From Chrysomallon squamiferum (taxonomy: Eukaryota > Animalia > Mollusca), in NCBI GenBank assembly GCA_012295275.1, contig CM022671.1, forward strand, positions 8,432,001 through 8,496,000: 64,000 bases of DNA, written 5' to 3'. Shown piece by piece: positions 30,103-43,390 of the stretch. The notes beneath the pieces were generated by a model. The model was not told the DNA's origin, searched no databases, and saw only the letters and a list, made by a program, of their open reading frames with translations. Within the stretch, counting starts at the first letter, position 1. Each line of letters opens with the position of its first letter. The translations under genes and the position numbers were made by a program.

Positions 30103-30416
30103 GTATGTTGTTATTTTTATTGTAACATTAACAGGGTTGTGCTATTACTTCTGTTTCATAAAAACTGTATTAACATTTCACATATATTAACTTTTATCTG
30201 GGTTTTTTAAATAATTCACATTTCAGCGCTTTCGTAACTGTCCATGTGTAATCTTTAATACTAACATATTTCTTAGAATTACCTTTTATCTGTTAGGTAT
30301 TATAATATTTTCGGTGTTACGCTATGTTTTATTCAAGGATGCATTTTTACATTTTTCTTCTATTTTATTATTATTATTAGTAGTAATAGTAGTAGTATTA
30401 TCTTTATTTATTTATT

Positions 30417-30476
<60 letters not shown>

Positions 30477-31057
30477 TCTTCCTTTTCCATTTTTTTATTT
30501 TAATTATTTTAAACATTCTTCTTGACCTTCTTTTACTTTTGTTACGTAGTGAAACAGGAAATTATGTACCTCTTATCTCTGAGTATACTGAACTAAATTC
30601 TTAGCATTTTCAATAGTTTTTAAGCAAAGTGTATAATATAAGGAAATTAATGTACATATTATTTTACCAGATTGTAAATATTTAATTAACAACATTAGTT
30701 ACTAGCATATATTATTTGCGCGTTTGAAGAGTGATATTTATATTATTATTGCTGGGTTTTCGCTTGTTACTTTTTTCGTGGTGGTTCTGTGTCTTTTCTG
30801 TATTATTATTATTTATTATCGAGGGCGCCGACATATTATGTTTTATTTCAGTATGTTTATATATAAATATATATATTTTTAAATATGCATATATATATAT
30901 ATATATATACATGAAGAAAACAGAATTATCAGACAATTTATAATGTTTGTGCGCGTTATATTATATTATATTATATTATATAATATTATTTCATTTATGT
31001 TTTCTATTTCCTTTTTATAATTTTGGAAAAAATATACAAGACATATTTGTGTTACAG

Positions 31058-31402
31058 AAAACGTGGTTGCAAGTTTCTCTGACATCAACACATCGCTAAC
31101 TGGAACAGAAGTTTATTTACTGAATACAGAATATCCCGATCTCATTAATGTCAGCAACTCTTTACAAGAGTGCACAGTGTCTACGTCATGCGGCAACAAC
31201 ATCGTCATCACCGCCATAGACTTGTCATTCCAATGTCTGCAAGGACTTGAAATCAGCGACGGCAACGACACGAGAAATATCACCTGCAGTGACAACACTG
31301 GATATAACATTACACAAATATATCAGAGCTCTACAAATTTTATTAAACTGAGACTTAATAATGGACAAATAAATGGTGGAAAAATCTGGGTACAGATAAA
31401 TG
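31058..31402 (+). CDS. Receptor gene A exon 3: CUB-like domain (115 aa)
   Basis: 345-nt phase 1-1 exon. YLLNTEYP..ECTV..IVITAIDL..C..LEISDG..ITC..SSTNFIKLRL..GKIWVQI matches the CUB pattern, with several NxS/T sequons. Confidence 0.8.
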
Positions 31403-32222
31403 GTAAGAAATTACTTTGTTAGCCTATGAATTAATATGCTGAATGTGCACACATACACACTACACACACCACCATTTATATATATAAAAAATGTTAGCAT
31501 AATACTCCTATTCATTCATATTTAGTATTTAGTATAAACATATTAATTTTATTATGATAATCCTTATTATTAACATCATCATCGTCGTCGTCAGCTTCAT
31601 TATTACTACTACTGCTACTACTACTGCAACTACTATCACTATCATTATTATTATTATTATTATTATTATTTAATATTCTGTGTCCAAGCTTCTTCTTTTA
31701 TATAAAGTTATATATGTGAGTGTTCGTATTACTGCATACTACGTGTGTTAGCAAACATACAAGTTTATGGTTTTTGCTCTTTTCCATATTCTCTTGTATA
31801 ACGTAGCCACAACCCCTGGTGTTGTCCTGGTGTTGGCCTATGAATTAATATGCTGAATGTGACACATACACACACACAGAGATATATATATGTGCACACA
31901 TACACACTACACACACCTCCATTTACATATATGTAGCATAATACTCCTATTCATACATATTTAATATTTAGTATAAACATAATAATTTTATCCTTATTAT
32001 TAACATCATCATCGTCGTCGTCAGCTTTATTATTACTACTACTGCTACTTCTACTGCAACTCTATCACTATTATTATTATTATTATTATTATTTAATATT
32101 CTGTGTCCTAGCAAACATGTAAGTTTATATATATGAGTGTTCATATTACTGCATACTACGTGTGTTAGCAAACATCTAAGTGTAGGTCTTTGCTCTTTTC
32201 CATATTCTCTTGGATAACACAG

Positions 32223-32364
32223 CCACAATCCCCTGGTGTTGTCCTAACCCTGACGTGTGGTGTCACTAACCAGACGACCCCAGCACCATGCACGATATCT
32301 ACGACCCCTACTACGACCACCGCGACATCTACTGCAGTCATCACCAGCAGAACGTCAAAACCAG
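32223..32364 (+). CDS. Receptor gene A exon 4: Thr-rich stalk, with a +1 insertion near its 5' end as assembled
   Basis: Reads ccacaaTcccctggt where all other copies read ccacaacccctggt. The exon is 142 nt rather than a multiple of 3, so the spliced frame reads ATIPWCCPNPDVWCH*. Confidence 0.6.
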
Positions 32365-32762
32365 GTATAATTAGAACTGTAATTGATAGTTCACAAAATG
32401 ATAATGCCTCTCTGAAAGTTTCAGAATTAATTTCTATTATTACTGCCAGATAAATGTGTGTTCTATCAATGTGCATCCATATATATGTTTATATTAATAT
32501 GCTAATCACTCATATATATCTGATTTAATTTGACGTTTATAACTCTCAGAGATATCCTAGTAGAATTATAGTTTTGTTGTTACTTAGTTTATAAGATTGT
32601 TGGTATGTTATTTAACGACGCGCTTTAACACATTTTTAAATCTACATAATATAAATACTTTTCTTCTTGCAATGTATCTTTTGTCTTAACTGATAGCTGT
32701 TAATATAACACATTTTACAGTTCCAAACGTAGTCAGAAAATCAAACATTTAAACTATTTCAG

Positions 32763-32887
32763 ATGGGACGGCTGGTTTAGATCCTGGAATTTTGGCAGGA
32801 ATCATCGTATGCATTATAATTCTGATAGTGCTGGTGGTTATTCTTGTTATTGTGTTTTACATACGGTATAGAAATCGAAGACAAAAC
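32763..32887 (+). CDS. Receptor gene A exon 5: transmembrane helix DGTAGLDPGILAGIIVCIIILIVLVVILVIVFYIRYRNRRQN
   Basis: Acceptor tatttcAG and donor GTAAGT, 125 nt, phase 1-0. A long hydrophobic run is followed by basic stop-transfer residues. Missed by the ORF track. Confidence 0.85.
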
Positions 32888-33343
32888 GTAAGTAAGAATT
32901 ATTTGTAGTAAAAGACAATAAGTGTATTTACTGCAAGTGGTATTAGCACGTCGTAATAATACTAGTTCCATTAGTGCTTGAATAAAATTAATGACTAGCA
33001 AAGTGTTTTTAGAGTGCGTTGCCTTTCCTTTAAGGTGATAGAAGCCTTTTCCTAAAGTACAACTGAAATGCACTCCTTCCATAGCCTAAGGCCAGGCTTC
33101 AAAAGAAAGTTCCAAAAGTATCCACCATTAACCTGTAAAATTGGCATCTAGATCCAAAGTCTCTTAAACAGGCAGGCATATATACATACTTATGTAAATA
33201 TATACATAATACACATATACATACTACATACATAAAAAAAATATATATACAGATACTTTCAAACATACATACACAGATACATAAATATCACTTTTATCAT
33301 CATCAGTATCATAATTGTGATTATACAAGTGTGTGTTTTTTAG

Positions 33344-33685
33344 AGGGTTGGAGTGGATGACAATAATCAAAATACAAGAAGTGGACTTCCTACACCTTCA
33401 CCTTCATCCAATGGATTGCCTTCGCCAACCGGAACAGGAAATAGATTACCTCCATTACCTCCAACCGGAACAGGAAATAGATTATCTACATTACCACCAA
33501 CCGGAACAGGAAATGGATTACCTCCATTACCACCAACCGGAACACGAAATGGATTACCTCCATTACCACCAACCGGAACAGGAAATGGATTGTCTCCCTC
33601 ACAAAGTTCAGGAGCAGCAGACGGATTACCTTCTATACTGACTTCAGAAGCACGAAGTGGATTGCCTCCCGTACAGACAATGTAA
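33344..33685 (+). CDS. Receptor gene A exon 6: Pro-rich cytoplasmic tail with four 12-aa (36-bp) NxLPxLPPTGTG repeats, ending LPPVQTM*
   Basis: Acceptor tttttAG in phase 0, TAA at 33683-33685, AATAAA at about 33720. Confidence 0.8.
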   Translation, partial: RVGVDDNNQNTRSGLPTPSPSSNGLPSPTGTGNRLPPLPPTGTGNRLSTLPPTGTGNGLPPLPPTGTRNGLPPLPPTGTGNGLSPSQSSGAADGLPSILTSEARSGLPPVQTM

Positions 33686-34245
33686 CTTAAACGGTTTGTC
33701 ACCTAGTATCAAGAAATGAAATAAACTGCATTCAACTTCAAAGAAAAGAAAAATACTTATGAAGAACTAGACCTTTTTAAAAGTTTGTTCATCCATATAG
33801 TGTTTACAGCTCAATAGAAATCTGACAAATGTATATATAGTTACGAACAAATTTTTGTCTCAGTCATATGCAATATCACTGGAAATAAACAACAAAATAA
33901 GTATTATATGTGTGTGTGTGTGTGTGTGTGTGTTTATGTGTGTGTGTGTGTGTGTTTATGTGTGTGTTTATGTGTGTGTGTGTGTTTATGTGTGTGTTTA
34001 TGTGTGTGTGTGTTTATGTGTGGCTGTGTGTGTTTATGTGTGTGTGTGTTTATGTGTGTGTGTGTTTATGTGTGTTTGTCTGTGTGTGTGTGTCTGTGTG
34101 TTCTATTATTAATGTTTGCTGTGCGTTTGTATTTGTATTTTTTGTTGTTTTAATTCATCTAAGTTTATATGATCTTTAATTTTGTTTCCTGTTTTAATAT
34201 TTCATAACGAGTCCGACTTTGTTTCATTTTGTTTCCATAATCAAG

Positions 34246-34304
<59 letters not shown>

Positions 34305-34319
34305 TTTTCTCCATTAACA

Positions 34320-34470
34320 AAGAAATTGGATTTCCTAAACCTTCACCTTCATCCATCAGATTACCTTCACTAAAGTCTGCATGAATAGGAAATGGATTCT
34401 CTTCCACATTAGATGTTATGTTACCTACATTACCTCCAATCGGAACAGGACATAGATTGCCTCCCTCAAT
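34320..34470 (+). pseudogene. Degenerate extra copy of the tail exon downstream of gene A (a shorter copy lies at about 49725-49775)
   Basis: Translates as EIGFPKPSPSSIRLPSLKSA*IGNGFSSTLDVMLPTLPPIGTGHRLPPS. Confidence 0.6.
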
Positions 34471-35633
34471 CAGAAATTTGACAAATGTATATTATTATGA
34501 ACAAAGAGTTTTCTGAATCGTATGTGATATCATTGTAAATAAACAACAATATATATGTATATATTTGGGTCTATTTACTACTATTATTAATGTTTGCGGT
34601 ACGTATCAATTTCTTTTTATATTTAATTCATTTAAGCTTATATGATCTTTAATATTGTTTGGTTTTTAATATTTCATAGAGAATCCGATTGTTTCATTTT
34701 GTTTCCATAATAAAGATAAATAACACACACATACACACACACATACACAGACACGCACAGGCATATACTGATGTGTATACATTATCACAAACGTACAAGC
34801 ACATAGAGTATATTAATGACATATTGCAGGCTTTTTAAATGTACGATCCAAATACATTACTACTCTTTATAGGCTTATTATTCAGAAATAAATATGTCAT
34901 TTTACGTAAGAGTTTCTTTTGAAGTATTTTAAAGTATGAAATGTATATTAGATTTTCGTGTCGAGGAGCTGCAAAGCTGAAGGGCAATAATAACATTTCA
35001 CAGATTAACGAAGTGATTACCTGGCTTGTTGCCTCATACAGGGCTGTAATGTCATCGTTTTATCAGAACAGGGAATTATATCGCCAGTATATAATAGTTA
35101 TTTAACTGCCACATTACTATGAACTTTTTTTATATAGTAAATACGGTTGATTAATTTTCAGCAGTTTGGAGATCCCGATTTTCGATATTCACGTTCTTGT
35201 GGTGTTATGGCTTTGTACTTTACATATCGTGTTAATATTATGTCAGTAATTCTTACTATCAAGAAAATATATCACTGACGTTGCTAATTAACTATTCTTT
35301 GTTCAGGCCATCCCTGTAATGTAATATGATGATGATATAACATGATATAATATAATATAGTAGAGTATATACCACAATGCAAAGTAATGCAATACAATGC
35401 AATATGTATAGGCTGATGATCTATTATTCGAAATTCCAAAATCAGTCACATTTAACAAGCACCAGAAACAGTAATATCTTACAGTTTTCTGCACAATTTT
35501 TGTTAAAATTATTATACAGACAAATCCTGCTTATACCGTGAGAACGACCTATGTAGTGTTAAATTAAATAACAATAAACTCAGTTTAGCATTAACAGATT
35601 TTATTAATTGCGAAGATTCTGTATCTATATCTG

Positions 35634-35717
<84 letters not shown>

Positions 35718-36359
35718 CTGTTCTTTATGGTAGTGTTAAACTATGATAAAATATTATTTATAAGGGGAGGAACGACTAAAACAAAGAATGAAAAATAATC
35801 AGAAACATTTAATAACAACAATAATGCAGAATTAAAAAACAAATTAAATTAATTTGGTAATAGGCAACCAAACAACAAACCAACTTGACATCAAATGAAA
35901 TGATAACGGTAACAATAATATTATCTGTATCTGTATCTATATCTATATCTATCAATGTATCTATCTATCTAACTCTCTATCTATCTATCTGTCTGTCTAC
36001 CTATCTATCTGCCTGTCTCTCTCTCCCTCTCCTATATATATATAGATAGATAGATAGATAGATAGATAGACGTAATTCACAATTCACAGACATTGAATTA
36101 ACAACATATAATGAAATATTTGATTACAAGTTTGTCATCAGACAGTTAACACATTCTGTCATATTTAATAATCTGTCCATTTTGTCGATTTGTTATGCAA
36201 CTCTGCAATGCATTTAATAAAATATTGAGATTGGAGTTTGCATTTGGTCGATAAACTATTTCGTAAATACCATTGATACAGGATAGGTCTGAAATCATTT
36301 TAAAGTAAAGGAGAATTATGAGTTTAAGAACAACAAGAACAACAAAAACAACAACAACG

Positions 36360-36391
<32 letters not shown>

Positions 36392-36477
36392 TTAAATTAA
36401 CAAAAACAATGAAAAAACAAACTACTGACAGAGAGGATCTGGAGAGAATAAAAAACAAAATTCATGAAACTTAATAC

Positions 36478-36750
36478 AGGTTGTTTTACACGACATCAGA
36501 ATCTGAAGATTCCTGGCTTTCGAATGTAAAATCATGACACTTAATGACACCGATACATTACCAAAACGTCTGTTACTATTTATTATTAAATTCTCTGAAT
36601 TAATTCTTTCTTTCTTCTTCTTCTTTAATTATTTATTTTTTAATAGAAGATGCCCCTGATTCAACAGAATATCTCCAATGGAAAACAGGCGAAATAAATC
36701 AGATACCTGTGTCTCCAAATATCTTTATTGTGATGGAAAATGAAAAGATA
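36478..36750 (+). pseudogene. Possible decayed exons of another extracellular-module gene (PAN-like start and LDLa-like fragment); paralogous copy at about 63598-63870
   Basis: After AG acceptors the sequence reads GCFTRHQNLKIPGF... and, with frameshifts, CP.DSTEYLQW..NKSDTCVSKYLYCDGK*. Resemblance is by eye only. Confidence 0.25.
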
Positions 36751-36822
36751 GCAAAGAACATTATAACTTAACTTTTCTTCTTAAATATTATATATCTTCG
36801 GAAATTGAGTAGACGAAGTCAC

Positions 36823-36879
<57 letters not shown>

Positions 36880-39114
36880 TAACAACAACAACAGGAACAC
36901 CTCAGATTAAGAACTTTCAGATAGTACTATTTATACAGTGTTATAACCTAGAGCAAAACGCACACATTCCATAACCTTTGGAAGAAAAGAAAATTACCTC
37001 GAATATGAGGAAACAAGTACTGTAGAGCGAGTTCAGCCGACTATTAGTAGGATGCGATCACTCTTCGTGAAAAGTTGAGTGTAAACTCTTGAGCCAAGCG
37101 GCGAAAAATCAGAACTATTGACTTGAAATCCTTCAAAATGATCGGTTTGAACATAATGACAAGAGAACTCTTCTGCAGTAGGAACAAAATTTAAAATCAG
37201 ACCGACAGAAAAAAGACAGAACAAGAATAAAAATACAAATAAATTTAATCAAAGACACCATTCCAAACTTGTTTTCTTAATTTAATAAGTACATTATATA
37301 TTATTTTATAAGAGTTTGAGTATCTAATATAATAAATTTTATTTAAATTTACCTTTTTTCTTTTAATCTTCTAAGTTTGCAAAATGTTCAGCAAACAAAT
37401 TAACAGATGTTTTTCTTCATAGGATTTTTATATCTTTTTATTTATTCTTCTATTTTCATAACATAAAGAATGATTACACACACACACACATACGTACATC
37501 TGTGTGTATGTGTGTGTGTGTGTGTGTGTTTATTACTATGAAACAATTACATATAATTACACATTTTTTATTATATTTTAATGTGGAATAATATAATGGT
37601 GCGTAGTTCGCTGTATACATTTTATTTTTTATTATCTGTAAACAAATGTAATTACAAACACTCTGCATATATGATTTTATCACCATTCTTTTTAACGTTA
37701 TACAGATTTACTCCCCAGTCTTTTATATCGAATAAAGTTTTAAATGTCCTAGTTTAATAATGATGGTTCAGTTCATGCAAATATTTTGCTATAACAGGTT
37801 ATGTTTACGGAAGAACAAATTAGAAATTAACTCTATAATATTGGTATTAGAAGTAGCATAAGTGATAGTGATAATAGTAGTAGTAGTAGTAGTAGTAGTA
37901 GTAGAAGTGCAACAGAGGTAGTTGTAATACTAAAGGTATCAGAGACAGTAGTATCACATATTTTAGCGGTGATTGTAACAATAGCACTAACAGAAGAAAT
38001 AGCAGTTGTTACGGTAATAGTTCTAACAGCAGTACTGATAATGGTAGTAGTAACAGTTGAAGTAGCCGTAGTAGGAGGAGTGATGGTGGTAATACTACTA
38101 ACAGTAACAGAAACTAATAGACAGTGGTAATATTACCAATACGAGTAATGGTAGAGGTAGCAGCATTTGCAGAAGTCGAAGTAAAAAAAATTAAAAAAAT
38201 TGAAGTCCGCTCTCTACTATGTTTGAGTAACACTAGAAACACGAGTCTAACACTCAAAAGAGCACTGCTGTGTGAACTGAACATTTCTTGAAATACGCTT
38301 TACTCCGTTTACATTCGTTCTTTACCTGGCGTAGAAAAGATCAAAGGAAATGGTGGCAAGGTAATGACAACGGTGAGTGGAATAAAATATGCATCTTCGA
38401 TACTAAAAGCACAACAACAATAAAAAAAGAGTACAGAATACAACAACAGAGAAACTACTGGATAGAAATTATAGTGAAATGTATGCATCTGCTATGTACA
38501 ATCTAATAAAAATGAATTGAATGTGATATAGATCAACAGTACAAATAAGGCTGTTACCCGCGCTGTTGAATACAACGTATTTTATTTGTTACGACAAATA
38601 GATTTTCACATAATGTGACGTCAGTAGTGCTCTAGTTAGAAAAACAGTTTTATTAGAAGAATGTATAGGCCTAGATATATATGTTTGTGTGAAAGTGTGC
38701 GATGATTTGTAGTCTCCCTCATTTTTCTATTTGAATTATCAACATATATAACGTTTTACTGTTACCACACTTAAGTATGACAAAACTTTAGTATGACAGG
38801 TACAATTATTTACCATAATATACAGTATCTCAGTCAAAGTGTATGAACAAATATATAGCTAGATGGATGCCTTTTCAACAATATTATTATACAAAGAACA
38901 CCTGTGAATAACACACATTTATTAGTAACCGCTAACACTAAGCTGTCGTAAATTAGATATCTAGTGTCTAAATAATGCGATTAAACATAATGTCATAAAA
39001 GACTGTGCTTTCGTTATTTTACTAGACTGTTTAATAAAATTATTCACATACATTTGACAACAGAAATAATGTTTTCCCCTATAAATAACAAACAAACAAA
39101 ATACGTCTTACTTC

Positions 39115-40366
39115 TTTCTACGTTAACACCAACTAATGAAGGTAATCTAACACCTGATGTAGAAGGTGAAGGATAAAAGTGATGTTAATGTATGTACGTC
39201 TGTATGTGTGTGAGTATGTTAATATGTATATATTTGTTTATTTATGTTGCATCTATGGGTGTATTATGTATATATGAATATAAGTATGTATGAATGCCTG
39301 TTTAACGGATTTCAGATTTAAATAGATTAAATTTAAGTTGAATGGTTGAGAGTTTTGAAACTTTGTTTACAAACCTGATCTTACGTTATGGAGGGAGTGC
39401 ATTTTAGTCCTACTATGCAAAACACTCTAAGAAGAATAACCACAATAACTGTGAGAATTATCATGCCTGAGATGATTCCTGCCAAAAGTGCAGGATCAAA
39501 CCAGCCGAGCTTTCAGAATCAGCAACCATAAACTGTGTTATATTAACATGTATCAGTTAAGATAAAAAGATACATTGCAAGAAGAAAAGTATTTATGTTA
39601 CGTAGATTTAAAAATGTGTTAACCCGCGTGATTAAATAATATACCAACATTCTTATAAACTAACACATGTAGTATGCAGTAATACGAACACACATATATA
39701 TAAACTTACATGTTTGCTGAAACGTATTACTCTATGTTTTTTATGTATGTATGTAGATGTGTGTAGTGGTTATGCTTGCATAAATGTATCTCTGTGTGCG
39801 TGTGTGTCTGTGCGTTACATTCAGTACATTTATTCAATTAATTCGTAGTCTAACAAAATAATTTATTACCATTTATCTGTACCCATATTTTTCCACCATT
39901 TATTTGTCCATTATTAACTCTCAGTTTAATAAAATTAGTAGAACTCTGATATATTTGTGTAATATTATATCCAGTGTTGTTACTGCAGGTGATATTTCTC
40001 GTGTCACTGCCGTCGTTCATGTCAGGTCCTTGCAGTCATTCGTTTGAATTGTGCAGTGACAAGTGTATAGCGTTGATGACGATGTTGGTGTTGCATGACG
40101 TAGACACTGTGCACTCTTGTAAAGAGTTGTTGACATACATGAGATCGGGGAATTCTGTATTCAGTAAATAAACTTCTGTTCCAGTTAGCTATGTGCTGTT
40201 GTCTATAAAAACACATCTGGTCTTGTACATTTTATTTCCAGATATGCAAAAAGGAAATAGAAAACATAAATAAAATAATAGTATAATATAATATAATATA
40301 ACGCGCACAAATGTTTATCAGTTGTTATTTTTGTCTTCTGATAATTGTTTTTTCTTTATATGTATT

Positions 40367-40405
<39 letters not shown>

Positions 40406-40721
40406 CTAAATACGCATATTAAAATAAATTAGAAAATAAGATGTCGCCACCCTCGATAATAAATAACGTCATCAAAAGAAACAAAAGAAACAACAACAAA
40501 CAAACAAACAAAAAATACACACAAAGCCCAGAAATTAAAGAATCTATTTATCTATCTATCTATATAATGGGTATTTCGTTTCCAGTAAGATGGAAAAGCA
40601 AATACAGACAAATCCTGCTTATACCGTGAGAACGACCTATGTAGTGTTAAATTAAATAACAATAAACTCAGTTTAGCATTAACAGATTTTATTAATTGCG
40701 AAGATTCTGTATCTATATCTG

Positions 40722-40788
<67 letters not shown>

Positions 40789-41423
40789 GGAAAAGCAAGA
40801 AATAATAATAATAAAAACCACAACAACAGCCATTATAGTAATTAATAAATAAATGAATAAAGATAATACTACTACTACTACTACTAATAATAATAATAAA
40901 AGGAGAAGAGAAATGTAAAATTGCATCCTTGAATAAAACAGCGTAATACCAACAATATTATAATACATAACAGTTAAAAGATAATTCTGTGAAATAAAGT
41001 AACATTAAAGTTAACAGAGAGACAAATACGAAAACGTTCAAATTCGAATTATTTTAATAAAATAGAAATATTTGCACAACTATTTTAATTTTACAATAAA
41101 AACAACAACATACCACTAACATCATGTATGAGGAGAAATTCCTTCCGTATACATCACTTGAACAGCTGCTGGAAATTCTCTGTTGTGAAATAACCATTCT
41201 GGATGCTTGTTTTCCACAGAATTCTTCGTGATAAGACATCACGGCTGAACAGTGTAAATGTCGTTCAGCCAGTTAGATTGTAGTGGCAATAATATCTAAG
41301 ATTGCTCGTTTGTACTGTCATCAAGTTTGGACATCAATCATTATTCGTGCTACTCAGCTACACATGGGTTGAAGCAGGATATCGCCGCCGAACCACAACA
41401 TGCAGTTTTAGAGTATAATTTTC
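39115..41423 (-). pseudogene. Subtype-2 receptor pseudogene, unit 2: lectin exon remnant 41423-41113, CUB exon about 40205-39869, TM exon about 39515-39415, tail remnant about 39175-39115
   Basis: The reverse complement aligns to gene A exons, with deletions and frameshifts in the lectin exon, the shared TGA in CUB, and the stalk exon deleted. Confidence 0.85.
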
Positions 41424-41429
41424 AAAACC

Positions 41430-41774
41430 GAGGCCAAAGTAAGGATTATAGGTCTGCCCTACAGCAAGTATATCATGAATTAGGGACTTTAGTCTTCAAA
41501 ACGCAGTTGCAGCTCAATAGCTTTCGCATCGATACTGTGCGCTCGCATTTTTTAAAGTGTTGCTGCTTTTATGTTTATATTTTTTTATTATACCCTATCC
41601 AATATGACGCCCAATAAAACAAAAACTGAAAGCATTAATGCTGGTGGAAAGTATAAGCGTATCACAGCAGAGGTTAAGAAAAAATTAACTGCAAAACATG
41701 AGAGTGGTGTTCGTGTGTCTGACATTGCTTCGTTTTACGTACAATTAGGGTTTACGGAACCCGAGGTTCCACTG
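41430..41774 (+). mobile_element. Internally deleted Tigger/pogo-family DNA transposon remnant
   Basis: Encodes MTPNKTK...KYKRITAEVKKKLTAKHESGVRVSDIA, like the CENP-B N-terminal HTH of Tigger transposases, fused directly to a terminus ...CCCGAGGTTCCACTG|TA. The left boundary is uncertain. Confidence 0.75.
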
Positions 41775-42812
41775 TATTCACAAATTCCAGACCAATGGTT
41801 TAATCTCTTTTCTTAGCACGATTTCAAAGTTCCAGGTCTAGGTTATCAGGATCGTGTGTATGCTGAGTCTTCCTATCTATGAAAAGGTGCAGACAAAATA
41901 TCTCTTTTTGCTAATGAAGACAAAACAGTGTAACATATCTTTAATAAACAGTGTAGTGTTAATCAGACAAGAATGAAATATTAAACTGAAAATGAGGTCT
42001 ACGTGTTGTTAAGTCATAATTTTTTTCCTCGGTCTTCTATTTCATTGTTAAGTCATTGTTCTGTAATGAATGCAGTTATACTCAAACTTGTTACAGCATG
42101 GCCCTAACTAGACTGTTCTTTTAAAAATAAACTCAGCGGGAAAAAAAAAAACAAAATGGAAGGACGCCAAATCCTCGGTTCTGGCAACTTATATTTTACA
42201 TTTTTAAAATGAAATCTTTTCTATAAGAAAATAAACCAAAAACTATTATTATTTTTTTTTTTTAAATCGTCAATTTGGGTTCCTTGAAACAATTCACAGA
42301 ACAAAAAAGGACGCTGTATGTAGTTATTATCTGTCTTTACATCAGTATATAATTACATGCTGATCGCAGGAAGATATGAAACAAAACAATCTCTTTGGAA
42401 GGTTTCAGAGATGGCTATCTACATCTGTTGTCAGAACTGTGTTTCTGTAGTCCAAATCATCTGAGGGATCTTCTGGAATATATGAAAATTTGTTTTATGT
42501 CAGATTCAACTGAGAAACTTCTGTGTTAGAGTCTCGAAAATTATAAAAAGAAATACACTTGATCAAAATATAGTTTTACTTGATTACCCAGTTTTATTAG
42601 AGTCATTATTTCCGTCACAAATATTTTTAGCAAATCTATAGTCCTGGCATCGTCCGATCAGATACTCATAGCATATCAGAATATGTTATATTATAAAATA
42701 AAATAAATAACTAGTTTTACAAAGGCCGTGGTACGTGATTTTCTGTGAAAACTAAAACAAATAAAAATAAATAAAATGAAAAGAAAGTAGGACTTGGGCT
42801 TGTAACTAGTAA

Positions 42813-42851
<39 letters not shown>

Positions 42852-43208
42852 ATAGTTTACGAATCATAAATATATAAACAAAATTCTAATAAATACGTAA
42901 ATAAATAAATATATTAAATTAATTAATAAAACAAAACTTTTAATTTAAGTTATATATACTGATGATTAATAACACATGTTTAATTATTATGAAAAGTAAC
43001 TGTAGCAATTTTTGTGTTTGTAATTCTCCCGTAAAGGCTTCAATAATAGTGCAAACTGACTGTACAAATAACCATATTATACTACATTATAAAATAAAAT
43101 AAAATAAAATAAAATAAAATAATTTCTATAAAAGTCATATTGTGATAGTAATATTTACCATAATTATTATTTCAGTATGTAATTTCAAAGCGTATACATA
43201 CACACTCA

Positions 43209-43390
<182 letters not shown>

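Noticed and set aside
32777-33082. Recurrent minus-strand ORF MEGVHFS.TLGKGFYHLKG (also at about 48.2-48.5 and 60.9-61.2 kb)
   Set aside because: It is antisense to the TM exon and intron 5. It recurs only because of the segmental duplication, and its frame is not conserved between copies.
33674-33685. PDZ-binding motif at the conserved C-terminus (VQTM)
   Set aside because: The -2 residue is Gln, so it fits neither class I (S/T-x-hydrophobic) nor class II consensus.
33333-33702. Alternative-frame (DYLHYHQPEQE)n and antisense (GGNPFPVPVGGN)n ORFs over the tail exons
   Set aside because: They are by-products of a stop-free 36-bp repeat. The splice phase from the TM exon selects the Pro-rich frame, and the Tyr motifs do not fit ITIM/ITAM consensus.
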